Source of the DNA: an uncultured Bacilli bacterium
Lineage (GTDB): Bacteria; Bacillota_I; Bacilli_A; RF39; UBA660
NCBI GenBank assembly: GCA_947624505.1
Contig: CANQKO010000001.1
Coordinates: forward strand, 8,948 to 72,947
DNA length: 64,000 nucleotides
Direction: 5' to 3'
Numbering within the stretch: position 1 is the first letter of the stretch; every line of letters starts with the position of its first letter. The position numbers were made by a program, and so were the translations under genes. The notes beneath the pieces were generated by a model that did no database searches, was not told the DNA's origin, and saw only the letters and a list, made by a program, of their open reading frames with translations. Shown piece by piece: positions 1-9,941 of the stretch.

Positions 1-1064
1 TAATTATTCTTTTTAGCCATCATTATTGTTTTAGTCATTTCTGATACTGTACCTATTTGATTAGCTTTAAGTAATATAGCATTACCAGCATTCATTTTAA
101 TTCCTGCTTCTAAAAGAGTTGGATTAGTACAGAAATAATCATCCCCTACTATCATAATTTTATGACCAACAAGTTTAGTTAAAACCGCTAAACTTTCTAA
201 ATCAGTTTCATTAAAAGGATCTTCTATACTAATAATTGGGTAATTAGATATAAGTTTCATATAAAATTTAATTAAATCATTAGCATCAAATAGATTACCA
301 TCAATTTTATAAAGATTACGATTTTTATCATATAATTCACTAGCTGCTACATCAAGAGCAAGTAAAACATCTTTACCAGGATGATAATTAGCTTCATTAA
401 TAGCATCCATTATTAAATCAAGAGCTTCAGTAGTACTACTAACATTAGGGGCAAATCCCCCTTCATCACCTACACCAGTTGAAAGACCTTTTCTTTTTAA
501 AATATTTTTTAAAGTATGATATATTTCACTAGCGGCTTCAATTCTTTTGGCTTCCCCCTTCATAATAGGTACTATCATAAATTCTTGAACATCTAAATTA
601 TTATCGGCGTGAGCACCACCATTAACAATATTTATCATTGGAATAGGTAAAGATACTTTACCATAAGTAACATATTCATATAATTCTTTATTTTGTAATT
701 TTGCTAAACATTTTAAGGTTGCTAAGGATACAGCAAGCATTGCATTAGCTCCTAAAACACTTTTATTTGGGGTGCCATCTAATTTAAGTAATATTTTATC
801 AACTGTTACTTGATCTATTTTTTGACCAATTAAAGCCTTTCTAATTACCGTATTAACATTATTAACAGCTTTTAATACCCCTTTACCTAAATATCTACTG
901 TTATCATTATCTCTTAATTCTAAAGCTTCTCTACTTCCTGTTGATGCTCCACTAGGAACACTGGCAATTGCGGTTATATTATTGGCAAGAACCATCTCAA
1001 CTTCAATTGTGGGGTTACCTCTACTATCTAATATTTCTCTTGCATTTATTTCTTTTATGTTCAT
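1..1064 (-). CDS. eno: Enolase (phosphopyruvate hydratase); C-terminal part lies outside the window
   Basis: Absent from the ORF track because it runs off the window edge. My translation from the ATG at 1064..1062 reads MNIKEINAREILDSRGNPTIEVEMV...SVPSGASTGSREALELRD...VNGGAHADNNLDVQEFMI...GDEGGFAPN, a canonical enolase N-terminus with its motifs. Confidence 0.93.
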   Translation of the reverse strand, partial: MNIKEINAREILDSRGNPTIEVEMVLANNITAIASVPSGASTGSREALELRDNDNSRYLGKGVLKAVNNVNTVIRKALIGQKIDQVTVDKILLKLDGTPNKSVLGANAMLAVSLATLKCLAKLQNKELYEYVTYGKVSLPIPMINIVNGGAHADNNLDVQEFMIVPIMKGEAKRIEAASEIYHTLKNILKRKGLSTGVGDEGGFAPNVSSTTEALDLIMDAINEANYHPGKDVLLALDVAASELYDKNRNLYKIDGNLFDANDLIKFYMKLISNYPIISIEDPFNETDLESLAVLTKLVGHKIMIVGDDYFCTNPTLLEAGIKMNAGNAILLKANQIGTVSEMTKTIMMAKKNN

Positions 1065-1123
1065 AATTTACCACTCTTTTCACTACTACTTTTAGTATAA
1101 ACCAAAAGAATAATAATAAACAA

Positions 1124-1153
1124 TACTAAAAAAGATGTTTGACACATCTTTTT
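1124..1153. terminator. Hairpin terminator downstream of the 1156..1740 gene
   Basis: Stem aaagatgt (1131-1138), loop ttgac, stem acatcttt (1144-1151). A/T runs flank it on both sides, giving a U-run on the minus-strand transcript. Confidence 0.55.
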
Positions 1154-1155
1154 AC

Positions 1156-1740
1156 TTAAGCAATAAAATATTCACTACGATGTCTTAGAAGTAGTGTATC
1201 AATAATATTAATAATTCCATAACCAATGAGACATATTCCTGTTACAACAATAACATTATCACTACTAGTAAAGAATGCTACTATTCCAAGTATCGCATAA
1301 AGAATTCCAACTACCATAATAAATAACCAACTTTTTTCATTAAACTTTTTTAATAATAAACCATAATTTCCTTTTTGAATGCCACTAGTTAAATAATAAA
1401 TACCTAACATAATTGATAATATTTTACCACTAAACATAGAGACAATACCAATAAGTATTAAAATAATTCCAAATATTAAATTATAATTATAAAGTTCTAT
1501 ACCACCTCTTCTTAAATATGAATAAATTGATACAGCTCCATTAAAAATTAATAACAAACCAGTAAATATAGATACTAAAACATTACTTAAATCAGGATTT
1601 GTAAAAAAGATTAAACCAATTACTGCATATAATAAACCTAACCCTAAATCAATATATGTTATAATATTAAATATTCCTTTAGCTCTTCCAAATATATTTT
1701 CAATCATAATAACACTTCCATTCATTAGTAATTGTATCAA
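1156..1740 (-). CDS. Multi-pass membrane protein, DUF308/HdeD-like
   Basis: 194 aa made almost entirely of repeated hydrophobic helices (GLLYAVIGLIFF, GIILILIGIVSMF, GILYAILGIVAFF), typical of HdeD/DUF308 repeats. Exact start is uncertain. Confidence 0.5.
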   Translation of the reverse strand: MIQLLMNGSVIMIENIFGRAKGIFNIITYIDLGLGLLYAVIGLIFFTNPDLSNVLVSIFTGLLLIFNGAVSIYSYLRRGGIELYNYNLIFGIILILIGIVSMFSGKILSIMLGIYYLTSGIQKGNYGLLLKKFNEKSWLFIMVVGILYAILGIVAFFTSSDNVIVVTGICLIGYGIINIIDTLLLRHRSEYFIA

Positions 1741-1802
1741 TTAATTCTTTTTAATTCAAGTTTTTTATGATATAATACCTTTCTAAGAAGAGGTGTTATA
1801 TT

Positions 1803-3041
1803 ATGCATATTAAAACCCTTAATATTGAAGAATTTGAAAATTTTGAAAAAAATCATCCTTTAAGTAGTTTATATCAAACTGTTAACTATGGAATGCTTAA
1901 AGCAGAAATAGGATATGACTATGAACTTATTGGTTTATTAGATGAGGAAAATACCATTATCGCCGCCTCTTTAATCTTAATAAAAAGTATTGGAACTCAA
2001 AGTTATTATGGCTATGCTCCAAGAGGTTTCTTAATTGATTATCAAAATGATTATTTATTAGATATATTTACTAAAAAATTAAAAGAATATTACTTAAATA
2101 AAAGAGTTATCTTTATTAAAGTAAATCCTAATATCCCAATTGGGGAAGTTAATTTAAATAACTACTCTACTACTTATAATGATAATTATCAAATTAAAAA
2201 TAATTTAATAAATTATGATTTTAAAAAATTATTTGATAATTTATATTTTGAGGCTCAATTACCACGTTTTAATGCTTTCGTTAATTTGAAAAATTATGAT
2301 CCATCTAAATTAAATAAAAATACGAGAAATAAAATAAAAAAAGGAATACGTAAAGGTTTAGTCTTTGAAAAAGCTGAAAAAAATGACATTCAAATTTTTG
2401 AAAAGTTATTAAATAACAAAGATATTAAAGAATTTTATTATCAAGATTATTATACAGCTTTTGAAAAAAATAATGCAGTTGATTTATTTTTAATATCTAT
2501 AGATTATGATGAGTTTTTACAAAATAGTCAATATATTTATAATAAAGAATTAGAAAAAAACAATAAGTTAAATGAACGTTTAACAAGAAAAAATACCGAA
2601 CATAATATTAATGCTAAAATGGCTAGTGATAAAGCTTTATTATCTTATAAAAATGATATTATGGAAGCATCTAAAGGTTTAAGTGATAATCATAAAGTAT
2701 ATCTAGCGGGAGCCCTTGTTGTCAAACATAATAATATGGTAACTGTAGTTATGAATGCTTATGATAAAAACTATAAAAGATTTGCTCCTAACTATTTCTT
2801 ATATTATAACATTATTAAATATTATCAAGAAAAATATGAATTCCTTGATTTAAATGGTGTTGTTGGTGATTTTAAAAATAATAACCCTTATTCTGGTTTA
2901 AATAGATTTAAAATAGGTTTTAATCCAAGAATATTTGAATATATTGGTGAATATGATTTTATTATTAATCCCAAAATGTATGAAATATTAAATCATAATG
3001 GTTATTTAGCCAAAGAATTTAATAAAAAAACTGTTAGTTAA
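1803..3041 (+). CDS. FemAB-family peptidoglycan interpeptide-bridge aminoacyltransferase
   Basis: 412 aa. The length, a central coiled-coil insert (LEKNNKLNERLTRK...) and the C-terminal LNGVVGDF...GLNRFKIGFNP resemble FemX/FemA/MurM family proteins. Confidence 0.7.
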   Translation: MHIKTLNIEEFENFEKNHPLSSLYQTVNYGMLKAEIGYDYELIGLLDEENTIIAASLILIKSIGTQSYYGYAPRGFLIDYQNDYLLDIFTKKLKEYYLNKRVIFIKVNPNIPIGEVNLNNYSTTYNDNYQIKNNLINYDFKKLFDNLYFEAQLPRFNAFVNLKNYDPSKLNKNTRNKIKKGIRKGLVFEKAEKNDIQIFEKLLNNKDIKEFYYQDYYTAFEKNNAVDLFLISIDYDEFLQNSQYIYNKELEKNNKLNERLTRKNTEHNINAKMASDKALLSYKNDIMEASKGLSDNHKVYLAGALVVKHNNMVTVVMNAYDKNYKRFAPNYFLYYNIIKYYQEKYEFLDLNGVVGDFKNNNPYSGLNRFKIGFNPRIFEYIGEYDFIINPKMYEILNHNGYLAKEFNKKTVS

Positions 3042-3063
3042 ACTAACAATTTTTTTTATAAAA

Positions 3064-4791
3064 TTACATTTTATCAGGTACTTTTATAGCTAAAATATCG
3101 AGTAAAATATTATTTACTTTATAAACTATACTCGTTAAATATAACCAAGATACTTGTTTTAATTTATCTTTTTCATTTAAAATATAATTTTCTGTATAAA
3201 AACGATTATAACTTGTTGTTAAACGATATAAATATTCCGTAATATCATTTAAAGATTTACCATCAAAACATCTATTTAAAATAGTATCTAAATTATTTAA
3301 AATAATTAATAATTCCCGGTCATAATTATTAGCAATTTTATATATTTTATCATATGTAATATTATTTTCTTTAGCTTTATTTAAAAGCGATTTCATTCTA
3401 ATTGTTGAGTATAAAATATATGGTCCGGTTTTACCTTCTAAATCACAAAACTTTTCAACATCAAAATTGTAATCAGTGGCGATATTTGGTAACATATCAG
3501 CATATTTAATTGCGGACATTGCTATATCTTCAGCAATACTATCCCGATTATCTAAAATATTAGGATTTAATCTTTTTAGGCTTTCTTTTTTTACTTCTTC
3601 AAGTAAATCAAGTAAACGCATTACTCCCCCATCCCGAGTTTTAAAAGGTTTACCATCACTACCATTCATTGTTCCAAAACCTGCAAAGACGAGGTTTGTA
3701 TCTTTAGTTAAGCCACTTTTTTTAGAGGCTCTAAAAACTTGGGTAAAATGTAAGCTTTGTCTTTTATCAACAACATACCATATTTCATCAGGATGATATT
3801 CTTTGACTCTTTCATATATCGTCGCAAGTTCTGTAGTACTATAAAGGATACCCCCATCAGTTTTAATAAGTAACATTGGCGGTATTTCTAATTTATCACC
3901 ATCTTCTTTAACATCAATAACTTTAGCCCCTTCACTTTCATAAACAATATTCAATTTATCTAAATAACTAAGTAATTCTGGAACACAATTTTCGGCATCA
4001 CTTTCCCCTTTATATAAATCAAAATTTGTATTTAATCGATCATAAATTTCTTTAATACTTTTTTTAGAAACTTCCATTATTTTTAACCATAAATCATAAA
4101 TACCTTTTTCTTTATTTTGTAATCTCTTAGTCATTATTTGGGCTTCTTTTAAGTATTCTTCGCTTTCTTTAGCTTTAGCTGATGCATATGGATAAACTTC
4201 TTCTAACAGTTCATTAGTAATAACTACATTTTCACCTTCACCTTTGTAGTCTTCTTTAAAATAACTCCACTCAGGATATCTTTTACTAAGCTCTAAAATA
4301 ACAAGCCCTAAAGGACGGCCAAAATCACCCAAATGGGTATCTGATATTGTTTTATAGCCTAAATAATTACATAATCTTTTTAAAGCTTCCCCAATATTAG
4401 CACTTCTTAAATGACCAACGTGTAAGCTTTTAGCTACATTGGCACCACCATAATCTAAAAATATTAAATGATCATTTTTAGGATAAACATAATCATCAAT
4501 ATTAGCAAAGTTAATTAACGCATCATCACTAATGCTTAAATTAATAAATCCGGGACCAGCCACACTGACATCTTTAAAAAATGGATCTTTTTTTAAAACA
4601 TCAACAACTTCACTCGCAATTTCAATAGGATTTTTATGATAAACTTTTGCTAAAGGCATTATTCCATTAAATTGGTAATCGCCTAAATCTGGACGATTTG
4701 ATTCATTAACAACTACATCATCACATTTATAACCACACGCATCTAAAGAATTTTTTACTTTTTCTTCTAACAACTTATAAAATTTTTTCAT
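3064..4791 (-). CDS. argS: Arginine--tRNA ligase
   Basis: 575 aa. Has the class I HIGH-type motif AKSLHVGHLRS, an anticodon-binding C-terminal domain, and ends in the ArgRS-typical terminal Met. Confidence 0.92.
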   Translation of the reverse strand: MKKFYKLLEEKVKNSLDACGYKCDDVVVNESNRPDLGDYQFNGIMPLAKVYHKNPIEIASEVVDVLKKDPFFKDVSVAGPGFINLSISDDALINFANIDDYVYPKNDHLIFLDYGGANVAKSLHVGHLRSANIGEALKRLCNYLGYKTISDTHLGDFGRPLGLVILELSKRYPEWSYFKEDYKGEGENVVITNELLEEVYPYASAKAKESEEYLKEAQIMTKRLQNKEKGIYDLWLKIMEVSKKSIKEIYDRLNTNFDLYKGESDAENCVPELLSYLDKLNIVYESEGAKVIDVKEDGDKLEIPPMLLIKTDGGILYSTTELATIYERVKEYHPDEIWYVVDKRQSLHFTQVFRASKKSGLTKDTNLVFAGFGTMNGSDGKPFKTRDGGVMRLLDLLEEVKKESLKRLNPNILDNRDSIAEDIAMSAIKYADMLPNIATDYNFDVEKFCDLEGKTGPYILYSTIRMKSLLNKAKENNITYDKIYKIANNYDRELLIILNNLDTILNRCFDGKSLNDITEYLYRLTTSYNRFYTENYILNEKDKLKQVSWLYLTSIVYKVNNILLDILAIKVPDKM

Positions 4792-4909
4792 AATTAATCA
4801 CAAAAATATTTTATCACATCTCTATTTTGATGACAATTAATATCGCTTATTGTCCTCACACTTCTAAATAAGGTAATGATATAATTAATGTATACGAGGT
4901 AATGAAGTA

Positions 4910-5275
4910 ATGGAAGAGATAAAAAAAGAGGTAAAAAGTTTTGATGAAGCATTTGATGAACTATTATATTATGATCCAGATAAATTATTTCGCCAAGGCA
5001 TAGCTTATAATGTCAAAAAAGAATTAGTAATTAAAATGATGAAAAAAAACTATCCTATAAGTGAGATAGTTGAAATTACTGATTTTAAACCCAAACAAAT
5101 AGAGGAAATATGGGAAGCCTATTTAATGGAAGATGCTAATAAGAAAAATGATGATAGTTTAAAAAAATTATTACAAGAATTACTTTCCAAACATCAAGAG
5201 TTAGATTATAAATCATTTATTAGTACTGTTTTACATTTAAGTTGGGAAGAAATAGATGAATTAGTTAAAGAATAA
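4910..5275 (+). CDS. Hypothetical acidic protein
   Basis: 121-aa ORF with an RBS-like gaggtaatgaag upstream and a terminator hairpin right after the stop. No motif recognised. Confidence 0.5.
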   Translation: MEEIKKEVKSFDEAFDELLYYDPDKLFRQGIAYNVKKELVIKMMKKNYPISEIVEITDFKPKQIEEIWEAYLMEDANKKNDDSLKKLLQELLSKHQELDYKSFISTVLHLSWEEIDELVKE

Positions 5276-5302
5276 AACATACCCCCAGAGTATGTTTTAT
5301 TC
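5274..5302. terminator. Bidirectional hairpin between convergent genes
   Basis: Stem aaaacatac (5274-5282), loop ccccaga, stem gtatgtttt (5290-5298), followed by a T-rich run. Confidence 0.6.
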
Positions 5303-5911
5303 TTTAACAACTTTAGTATTTACAATTAAATCTGATACACTTCGTTTATCTTTTCTAAAGATAACAAACATTAAACTAACAATATTTATAATGCCAACAA
5401 TTGTTACTATTAAACTATAAGCATATAAAAATTTAGTACCATTTAAAATATAAACTAAAATAGAATTTAATAATAAAGTTAATACTGAACCAATATAAAT
5501 AAATTGCATTGGTATAGTTCTAATAATAAATTTAAGTAAACTTATATTATTGCCATCATTATTATCAACAACCTTAATTTTCATAATTTTCTTGCCTAAA
5601 GTTTGACCATTATTAAACTTTTGAAAAACACCAAAGTATAATAATAAAAGTGTTAATGTTGCAATATTATAAGCAACACCATATTTATTTAAATCATAAA
5701 AAATATCTTTAAACTCATCTGTTAAAATGTCCATGTTTTCTTCACTTGCATTTTCTACTAGTTCAGAATATTTTTCTTGCGTATCCATATATTTATCATA
5801 ATTTGGATTAATTAGACGAGTATTTAATAAGAAACCCGCTACTATGTAAATAAGCAGAATATCAAGAAGATAGGCAACAAAACGTGTTGAAAACTTAACT
5901 TCATTATTCAT
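5297..5911 (-). CDS. RDD family membrane protein
   Basis: The N-terminal RFVAYLLDILLIYIV and the GQTLGKKIMKIKVV segment are typical of RDD-domain proteins. Several TM helices. Confidence 0.7.
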   Translation of the reverse strand: MNNEVKFSTRFVAYLLDILLIYIVAGFLLNTRLINPNYDKYMDTQEKYSELVENASEENMDILTDEFKDIFYDLNKYGVAYNIATLTLLLLYFGVFQKFNNGQTLGKKIMKIKVVDNNDGNNISLLKFIIRTIPMQFIYIGSVLTLLLNSILVYILNGTKFLYAYSLIVTIVGIINIVSLMFVIFRKDKRSVSDLIVNTKVVKE

Positions 5912-5926
5912 TTTACCAAAACCTTT

Positions 5927-7036
5927 CTAACTATTAGTAATCTTTAGGGAAAGAACTTTTTCTTCTCCTTCTCTTATAACAGTCAATTTAACTGTATCAC
6001 CAATATCATGTTTATTATATAATTCATATCTTAAATAAGCAACATTACTAATTTCTTTATTATTTATTTTCGTAATAACATCCATTGCTTTAATACCAGC
6101 TTTATCAGCAGCTGAATTTTTAGTAACATCCATTACTAATACGCCAGAAGTAACATTATTTTTTCTTAAATAATATGAGAAATAATAGTCACTACTACGA
6201 AGAGCCGTTGAAACATTAACATATTGAATACCAATATTAGGGTATTCGCTTTCATCACCATTTATAATGCCTTCTGCTTTTTCGATAGCATTTTCAATTG
6301 GAATAGCAAAGCCCATTCCTTCAACACCTGTACTACTAATCTTTGCAGATATAACCCCAATAACCTCGCCATTTGAGTTACATAATGGTCCACCAGAGTT
6401 ACCACTATTAACGGCAGCATCAGTTTGTAAAACATTCATAACATAATCGGAATCATTTGAATTATTAATAGATACTTCAACTAATCTTTCTTTACCAGAA
6501 ATAATACCTCTTGTAACAGTCCAAGAATAAACGAAATCAAGGGGAGCACCAACTGTAAAGGTTGTATCGCCAACTCGCAATTCTTCAGTTGTACCAATTT
6601 CTACGGGTTTAATACCTTCTTTAACAGGAACGGCTAAAACTGCTATATCAGCAAATTTATCGCTACCAACTTTAACTGCTTCAACTTCTTCGCCATCAGA
6701 ATAAGTAACTTTAAAACTATCTCCACCATCAATAACGTGATGATTAGTTATAATAAAAAATTTATCATTAGCTTCTTTATATACAAAACCACTACCAGAT
6801 GCATATAATTCTTTGTTTTTATAATTAGATACTATAATAACTGAATCATATACTTTATCTACGGCATCAGCAATTCCATAATCAGTTACCGTTACATCTT
6901 TCTCAATTTTAGTTACTGTTTCTTGAAATAATTTAGGAAATTTATATATAAATCCATAGGCTAAAAATATTCCTAACATTAAAATAAATATTGTATAAAC
7001 TATTACTCTTGTTTTTGAATCACTATTTTGTTTCAT
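5927..7036 (-). CDS. htrA: HtrA/DegP-family S1C serine protease with C-terminal PDZ domain
   Basis: N-terminal TM helix. The catalytic triad contexts TNHHVI, DIAVL and GNSGGPL are present, followed by a PDZ-like C-terminus. Confidence 0.9.
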   Translation of the reverse strand: MKQNSDSKTRVIVYTIFILMLGIFLAYGFIYKFPKLFQETVTKIEKDVTVTDYGIADAVDKVYDSVIIVSNYKNKELYASGSGFVYKEANDKFFIITNHHVIDGGDSFKVTYSDGEEVEAVKVGSDKFADIAVLAVPVKEGIKPVEIGTTEELRVGDTTFTVGAPLDFVYSWTVTRGIISGKERLVEVSINNSNDSDYVMNVLQTDAAVNSGNSGGPLCNSNGEVIGVISAKISSTGVEGMGFAIPIENAIEKAEGIINGDESEYPNIGIQYVNVSTALRSSDYYFSYYLRKNNVTSGVLVMDVTKNSAADKAGIKAMDVITKINNKEISNVAYLRYELYNKHDIGDTVKLTVIREGEEKVLSLKITNS

Positions 7037-7039
7037 TTT

Positions 7040-7972
7040 TTAAATCCTCACTATCTCTTTATAATTTAAAGGAAATCCCATAACTTTTAAAACCTTATCA
7101 ATTTCAATTGTATGCAATTTTCCATCTAAAATATCTAATTCATAACTAATTTCATTCATCATTAAGACAAAATCTTCGTCTTTTAATAATTGTTTCATTA
7201 TAATAATTATGGCAAATAAATCATTAATACCGCAAACATACTCGCCATCTTCATTAATTTCAATATTTAATAAATCGTGATACTTAGTTTTTTCTATTCC
7301 TTTATGTGTTTTATTATTATAACATAAATCTTCATGGGCACATAAATTACGATAATTAGCTAAGATTGGTAAATAATCTATCATATTTCTTATTGATACT
7401 TTATAAATATTAGCTATTTCTTGTTGATCTTCTTTTTGTAAGACTGAATATAACTCTCCCACTATACCAAATGATAGTACTTTAACAACAACCCAAAGAG
7501 GAATATAACCATAATTAGCCATATAATGACTTGTCGCAGCGTGTTGTTTACCATTCACATTTATTTGCCTTTTCATTTTTCTCAGTAAATCATTTATCTG
7601 TCTTCCTTTACTATAATCTTTAACAAAATTATCGGCATTCAAATAATGTTGTTCCTTAAAGCCGTGATTTTTACTCATAACATATGATAATATACTTTTT
7701 AAGTTATTTTCTACAATTAATATATTTTTGAATAAAATATTTCTTAACTGGCGATCAAAGGAAAACATACTATATATTTCTCTAAAATTCGTTCCCCTTA
7801 TGAATTTACGGCTGCCATCATCTTTTAAAAATAAATGTCTATAACCACTTAAAAAAAAGTAATTTTCACGGAGAAGGATTTCCTTGGCATAATCAATATC
7901 ATCAATAACTAAACCTTTATCTTTTAGTATCTCAATTTGTTCATCTAAGGTTTTAAATGTCTTTGACCCCAT
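7040..7972 (-). CDS. Abi_2 (AbiD/AbiF-like) abortive-infection family protein
   Basis: The N-terminus KTFKTLDEQIEILKDKGLVIDD...ILLRENYFFLSGY matches the Abi_2 family signature. A conserved NLCAHEDLCYN-type Cys/His motif is also present. Confidence 0.75.
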   Translation of the reverse strand: MGSKTFKTLDEQIEILKDKGLVIDDIDYAKEILLRENYFFLSGYRHLFLKDDGSRKFIRGTNFREIYSMFSFDRQLRNILFKNILIVENNLKSILSYVMSKNHGFKEQHYLNADNFVKDYSKGRQINDLLRKMKRQINVNGKQHAATSHYMANYGYIPLWVVVKVLSFGIVGELYSVLQKEDQQEIANIYKVSIRNMIDYLPILANYRNLCAHEDLCYNNKTHKGIEKTKYHDLLNIEINEDGEYVCGINDLFAIIIIMKQLLKDEDFVLMMNEISYELDILDGKLHTIEIDKVLKVMGFPLNYKEIVRI

Positions 7973-8104
7973 ATTTTATTCACCTAAATCTAATTATACC
8001 ACAAGAAACATTATAAATATATCTCTTTTTATTGTAATTTTTATATATTTTTAGTGATAATTTTGTGAAATTTGTTATAATTTTATTAGAAAAGAGATGT
8101 TATT

Positions 8105-8998
8105 ATGCCAGCATTATATACTCATTATACATTCGGACAAAATGTATTAAATAAAGTAAATAAAAATTTACAAAAAGAAATAAAAGAAAATATTGATTAC
8201 TATAATATGTTTAATCAAGGTTTTGATAATTTATATTATTATCATTTTAAATGGCAATATTATCGTGACTTTGGTATTCGTTGTCATAAAAAGAAAATAG
8301 ATTTATTCTTTACTAATGCCATTAATTATATTAAAGAAAATAATTTACAAGACAATTCTATTTGCACTAATATGATTTATGGTATTATTAATCATTATAC
8401 TTTAGATACAATTATTCATCCCTTTATTAATTCCCAAGTTGATAATTTAAATATACCCCACACTAAAATAGAATTCATTATTGATTCTTATTTATATAAA
8501 TATATTTCTAATGATAAGTGGCATAATAGTCTTTATAAGACTCTTATTCCTAAATTAAAATTTAATAATGATTTAATTAATTTATTAGATTATACTTTTT
8601 TAAATACTCATAATGAAGAACATATTGGTAAAATATTTAATAGATCTCATAATAACGGCTATTATATTTATCGTTATTTTATTAATGATTATTATGGTAT
8701 TAAAACTAAAATATATAAAATTGTTGATTTTGTTTTAAGAAGAGATGATAACTTCTTTAGTAATGCTACTTTTAGAATTAAAGAATCTAATGATGAAATA
8801 TTAAATATGAACAAAAATACTTGGCACCATCCTAATAACAAAGAAAAAACATATAATTATTCTTTAGAAGAATTATATATTTTTTCTTTAAAAAAAGCTA
8901 TTAAGCTTAATAATTTAGCTTATAAAGTAATTCATAATAAAGAAGACATCAATAAATTAATTAATGAAATAAAACAAATTAATCTTGATAATATTTAA
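8105..8998 (+). CDS. Zinc-dependent phospholipase C-like family protein (tentative)
   Basis: The N-terminal MPALYTHYTFGQ and several His-containing segments (INHYTLDTIIHP) resemble the family annotated as zinc dependent phospholipase C. No signal peptide. Confidence 0.45.
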   Translation: MPALYTHYTFGQNVLNKVNKNLQKEIKENIDYYNMFNQGFDNLYYYHFKWQYYRDFGIRCHKKKIDLFFTNAINYIKENNLQDNSICTNMIYGIINHYTLDTIIHPFINSQVDNLNIPHTKIEFIIDSYLYKYISNDKWHNSLYKTLIPKLKFNNDLINLLDYTFLNTHNEEHIGKIFNRSHNNGYYIYRYFINDYYGIKTKIYKIVDFVLRRDDNFFSNATFRIKESNDEILNMNKNTWHHPNNKEKTYNYSLEELYIFSLKKAIKLNNLAYKVIHNKEDINKLINEIKQINLDNI

Positions 8999-9821
8999 TT
9001 AATTTATTTTTTTCTTTTTCTAATTCTTTAAGACTTTTCTTTGGGGTTGGTAAATCTTCTGGCATTGTTCCTCCTAATCTTTCAATTGTATTACGTACTT
9101 CTTTTCCTACTTCATAATGAGCTTCGTTAGCACCACTTTCATTTTTAATGTTTTCCCTTTTTAACTTTGATTCTGTTTGGACAATTCTAAATAAATTGGC
9201 TGCTAGTTCTTCACTTCCCATATTATCCAAAATATCTTCTCGATATCTTAAACCTTTTCTTTTGGCTATATCATCTGCTGTTTCACCATTATATAATCCT
9301 CTATAACCTGCATTATGAAATTGATCAAAGTTTTTTACTCCCGCATTCCTTGCAGCAATATTTAATGAATAATTACCTTTTCTAGTTAAATTCCTTTGAT
9401 AAAATCTTTTTTCATCTTCTGTTAATTTACCATACTCTTTTTCATTTATTTCTTGCTTTCTTGTTTGGACAGCAAAATATGTTTGGGCTAATGCAATAAC
9501 TTCTTTTCTCGAATCACCATTTTGAGCAATTAAATAACAAGCATATCTTGATAATTTATAATCATTTTGTTTTCTCTTCGCACCAGAACCTATTTTTACC
9601 ATTTTGCCGGTGCCGGCAAAATGGTCAACAATATTATCATTACTTAACTTGCAAGCGTTTTTTGCTTTATCAATAACACCTAGAAAATTACTCCATTTGG
9701 AGTATTCAAGCGCTATCATTAACTCCCGAGCAAACCAGTATTCATTACCATACCTATCAACATGTTTAATATTTTCAAAAGTTGTATTAGTATTTTCCAT
9801 TTTTATAATTTCTTCGTTCAT
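8979..9821 (-). CDS. dinD: DNA damage-inducible protein D homologue
   Basis: FENIKHVDRYGNEYWFARELMIALEYSKWSNF...DHFAGTGKMVKIGSGAKR...DYKLSRYACYLIAQNGD...AQTYFAVQTRKQE is the typical DinD pattern. Confidence 0.8.
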   Translation of the reverse strand: MNEEIIKMENTNTTFENIKHVDRYGNEYWFARELMIALEYSKWSNFLGVIDKAKNACKLSNDNIVDHFAGTGKMVKIGSGAKRKQNDYKLSRYACYLIAQNGDSRKEVIALAQTYFAVQTRKQEINEKEYGKLTEDEKRFYQRNLTRKGNYSLNIAARNAGVKNFDQFHNAGYRGLYNGETADDIAKRKGLRYREDILDNMGSEELAANLFRIVQTESKLKRENIKNESGANEAHYEVGKEVRNTIERLGGTMPEDLPTPKKSLKELEKEKNKLIKYYQD

Positions 9822-9851
9822 TTTCTTTTCCCCCTTACTTGAACCATTATC

Positions 9852-9880
9852 ATTTTATCATTAAAACGTATGTTTGTAAA
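9852..9880 (-). promoter_or_regulatory. Sigma-A-type promoter of dinD with an embedded AAAC-N4-GTTT palindrome
   Basis: On the minus strand: TTTACA (9880-9875), a 17-nt spacer, then TAAAAT (9857-9852). The spacer contains AAACATACGTTT (9864-9875). Confidence 0.45.
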
Positions 9881-9908
9881 CGCTTTTTGATAAAATTTTT
9901 TATTTTTT

Positions 9909-9941
9909 AAAAACGTTTTGCTAATCTTGGCAAAACGTTTT
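9909..9941 (-). terminator. Terminator of cwlD
   Basis: A perfect 11-bp stem, aaacgttttgc / gcaaaacgttt, with an 8-nt loop. It starts at the cwlD stop codon and is followed by a T-rich tract on the minus strand. Confidence 0.65.

Noticed and set aside
3476-3796. The antisense ORF in argS, plus similar short antisense ORFs at 9604..9864, 12869..13057, 13090..13296, 15525..15722, 16640..16825, 21998..22219, 25375..25623, 33667..33879, 38992..39189, 43122..43352, 50332..50535, 51904..52209, 57467..57655 and 60369..60578
   Set aside because: Each overlaps a longer ORF on the opposite strand that has clear motifs or operon context. None has a convincing RBS or domain signature.
4792-4909. A possible T-box riboswitch upstream of argS
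   Set aside because: The intergenic region is only ~118 nt. I could find no specifier hairpin, T-box consensus or terminator/antiterminator pair.
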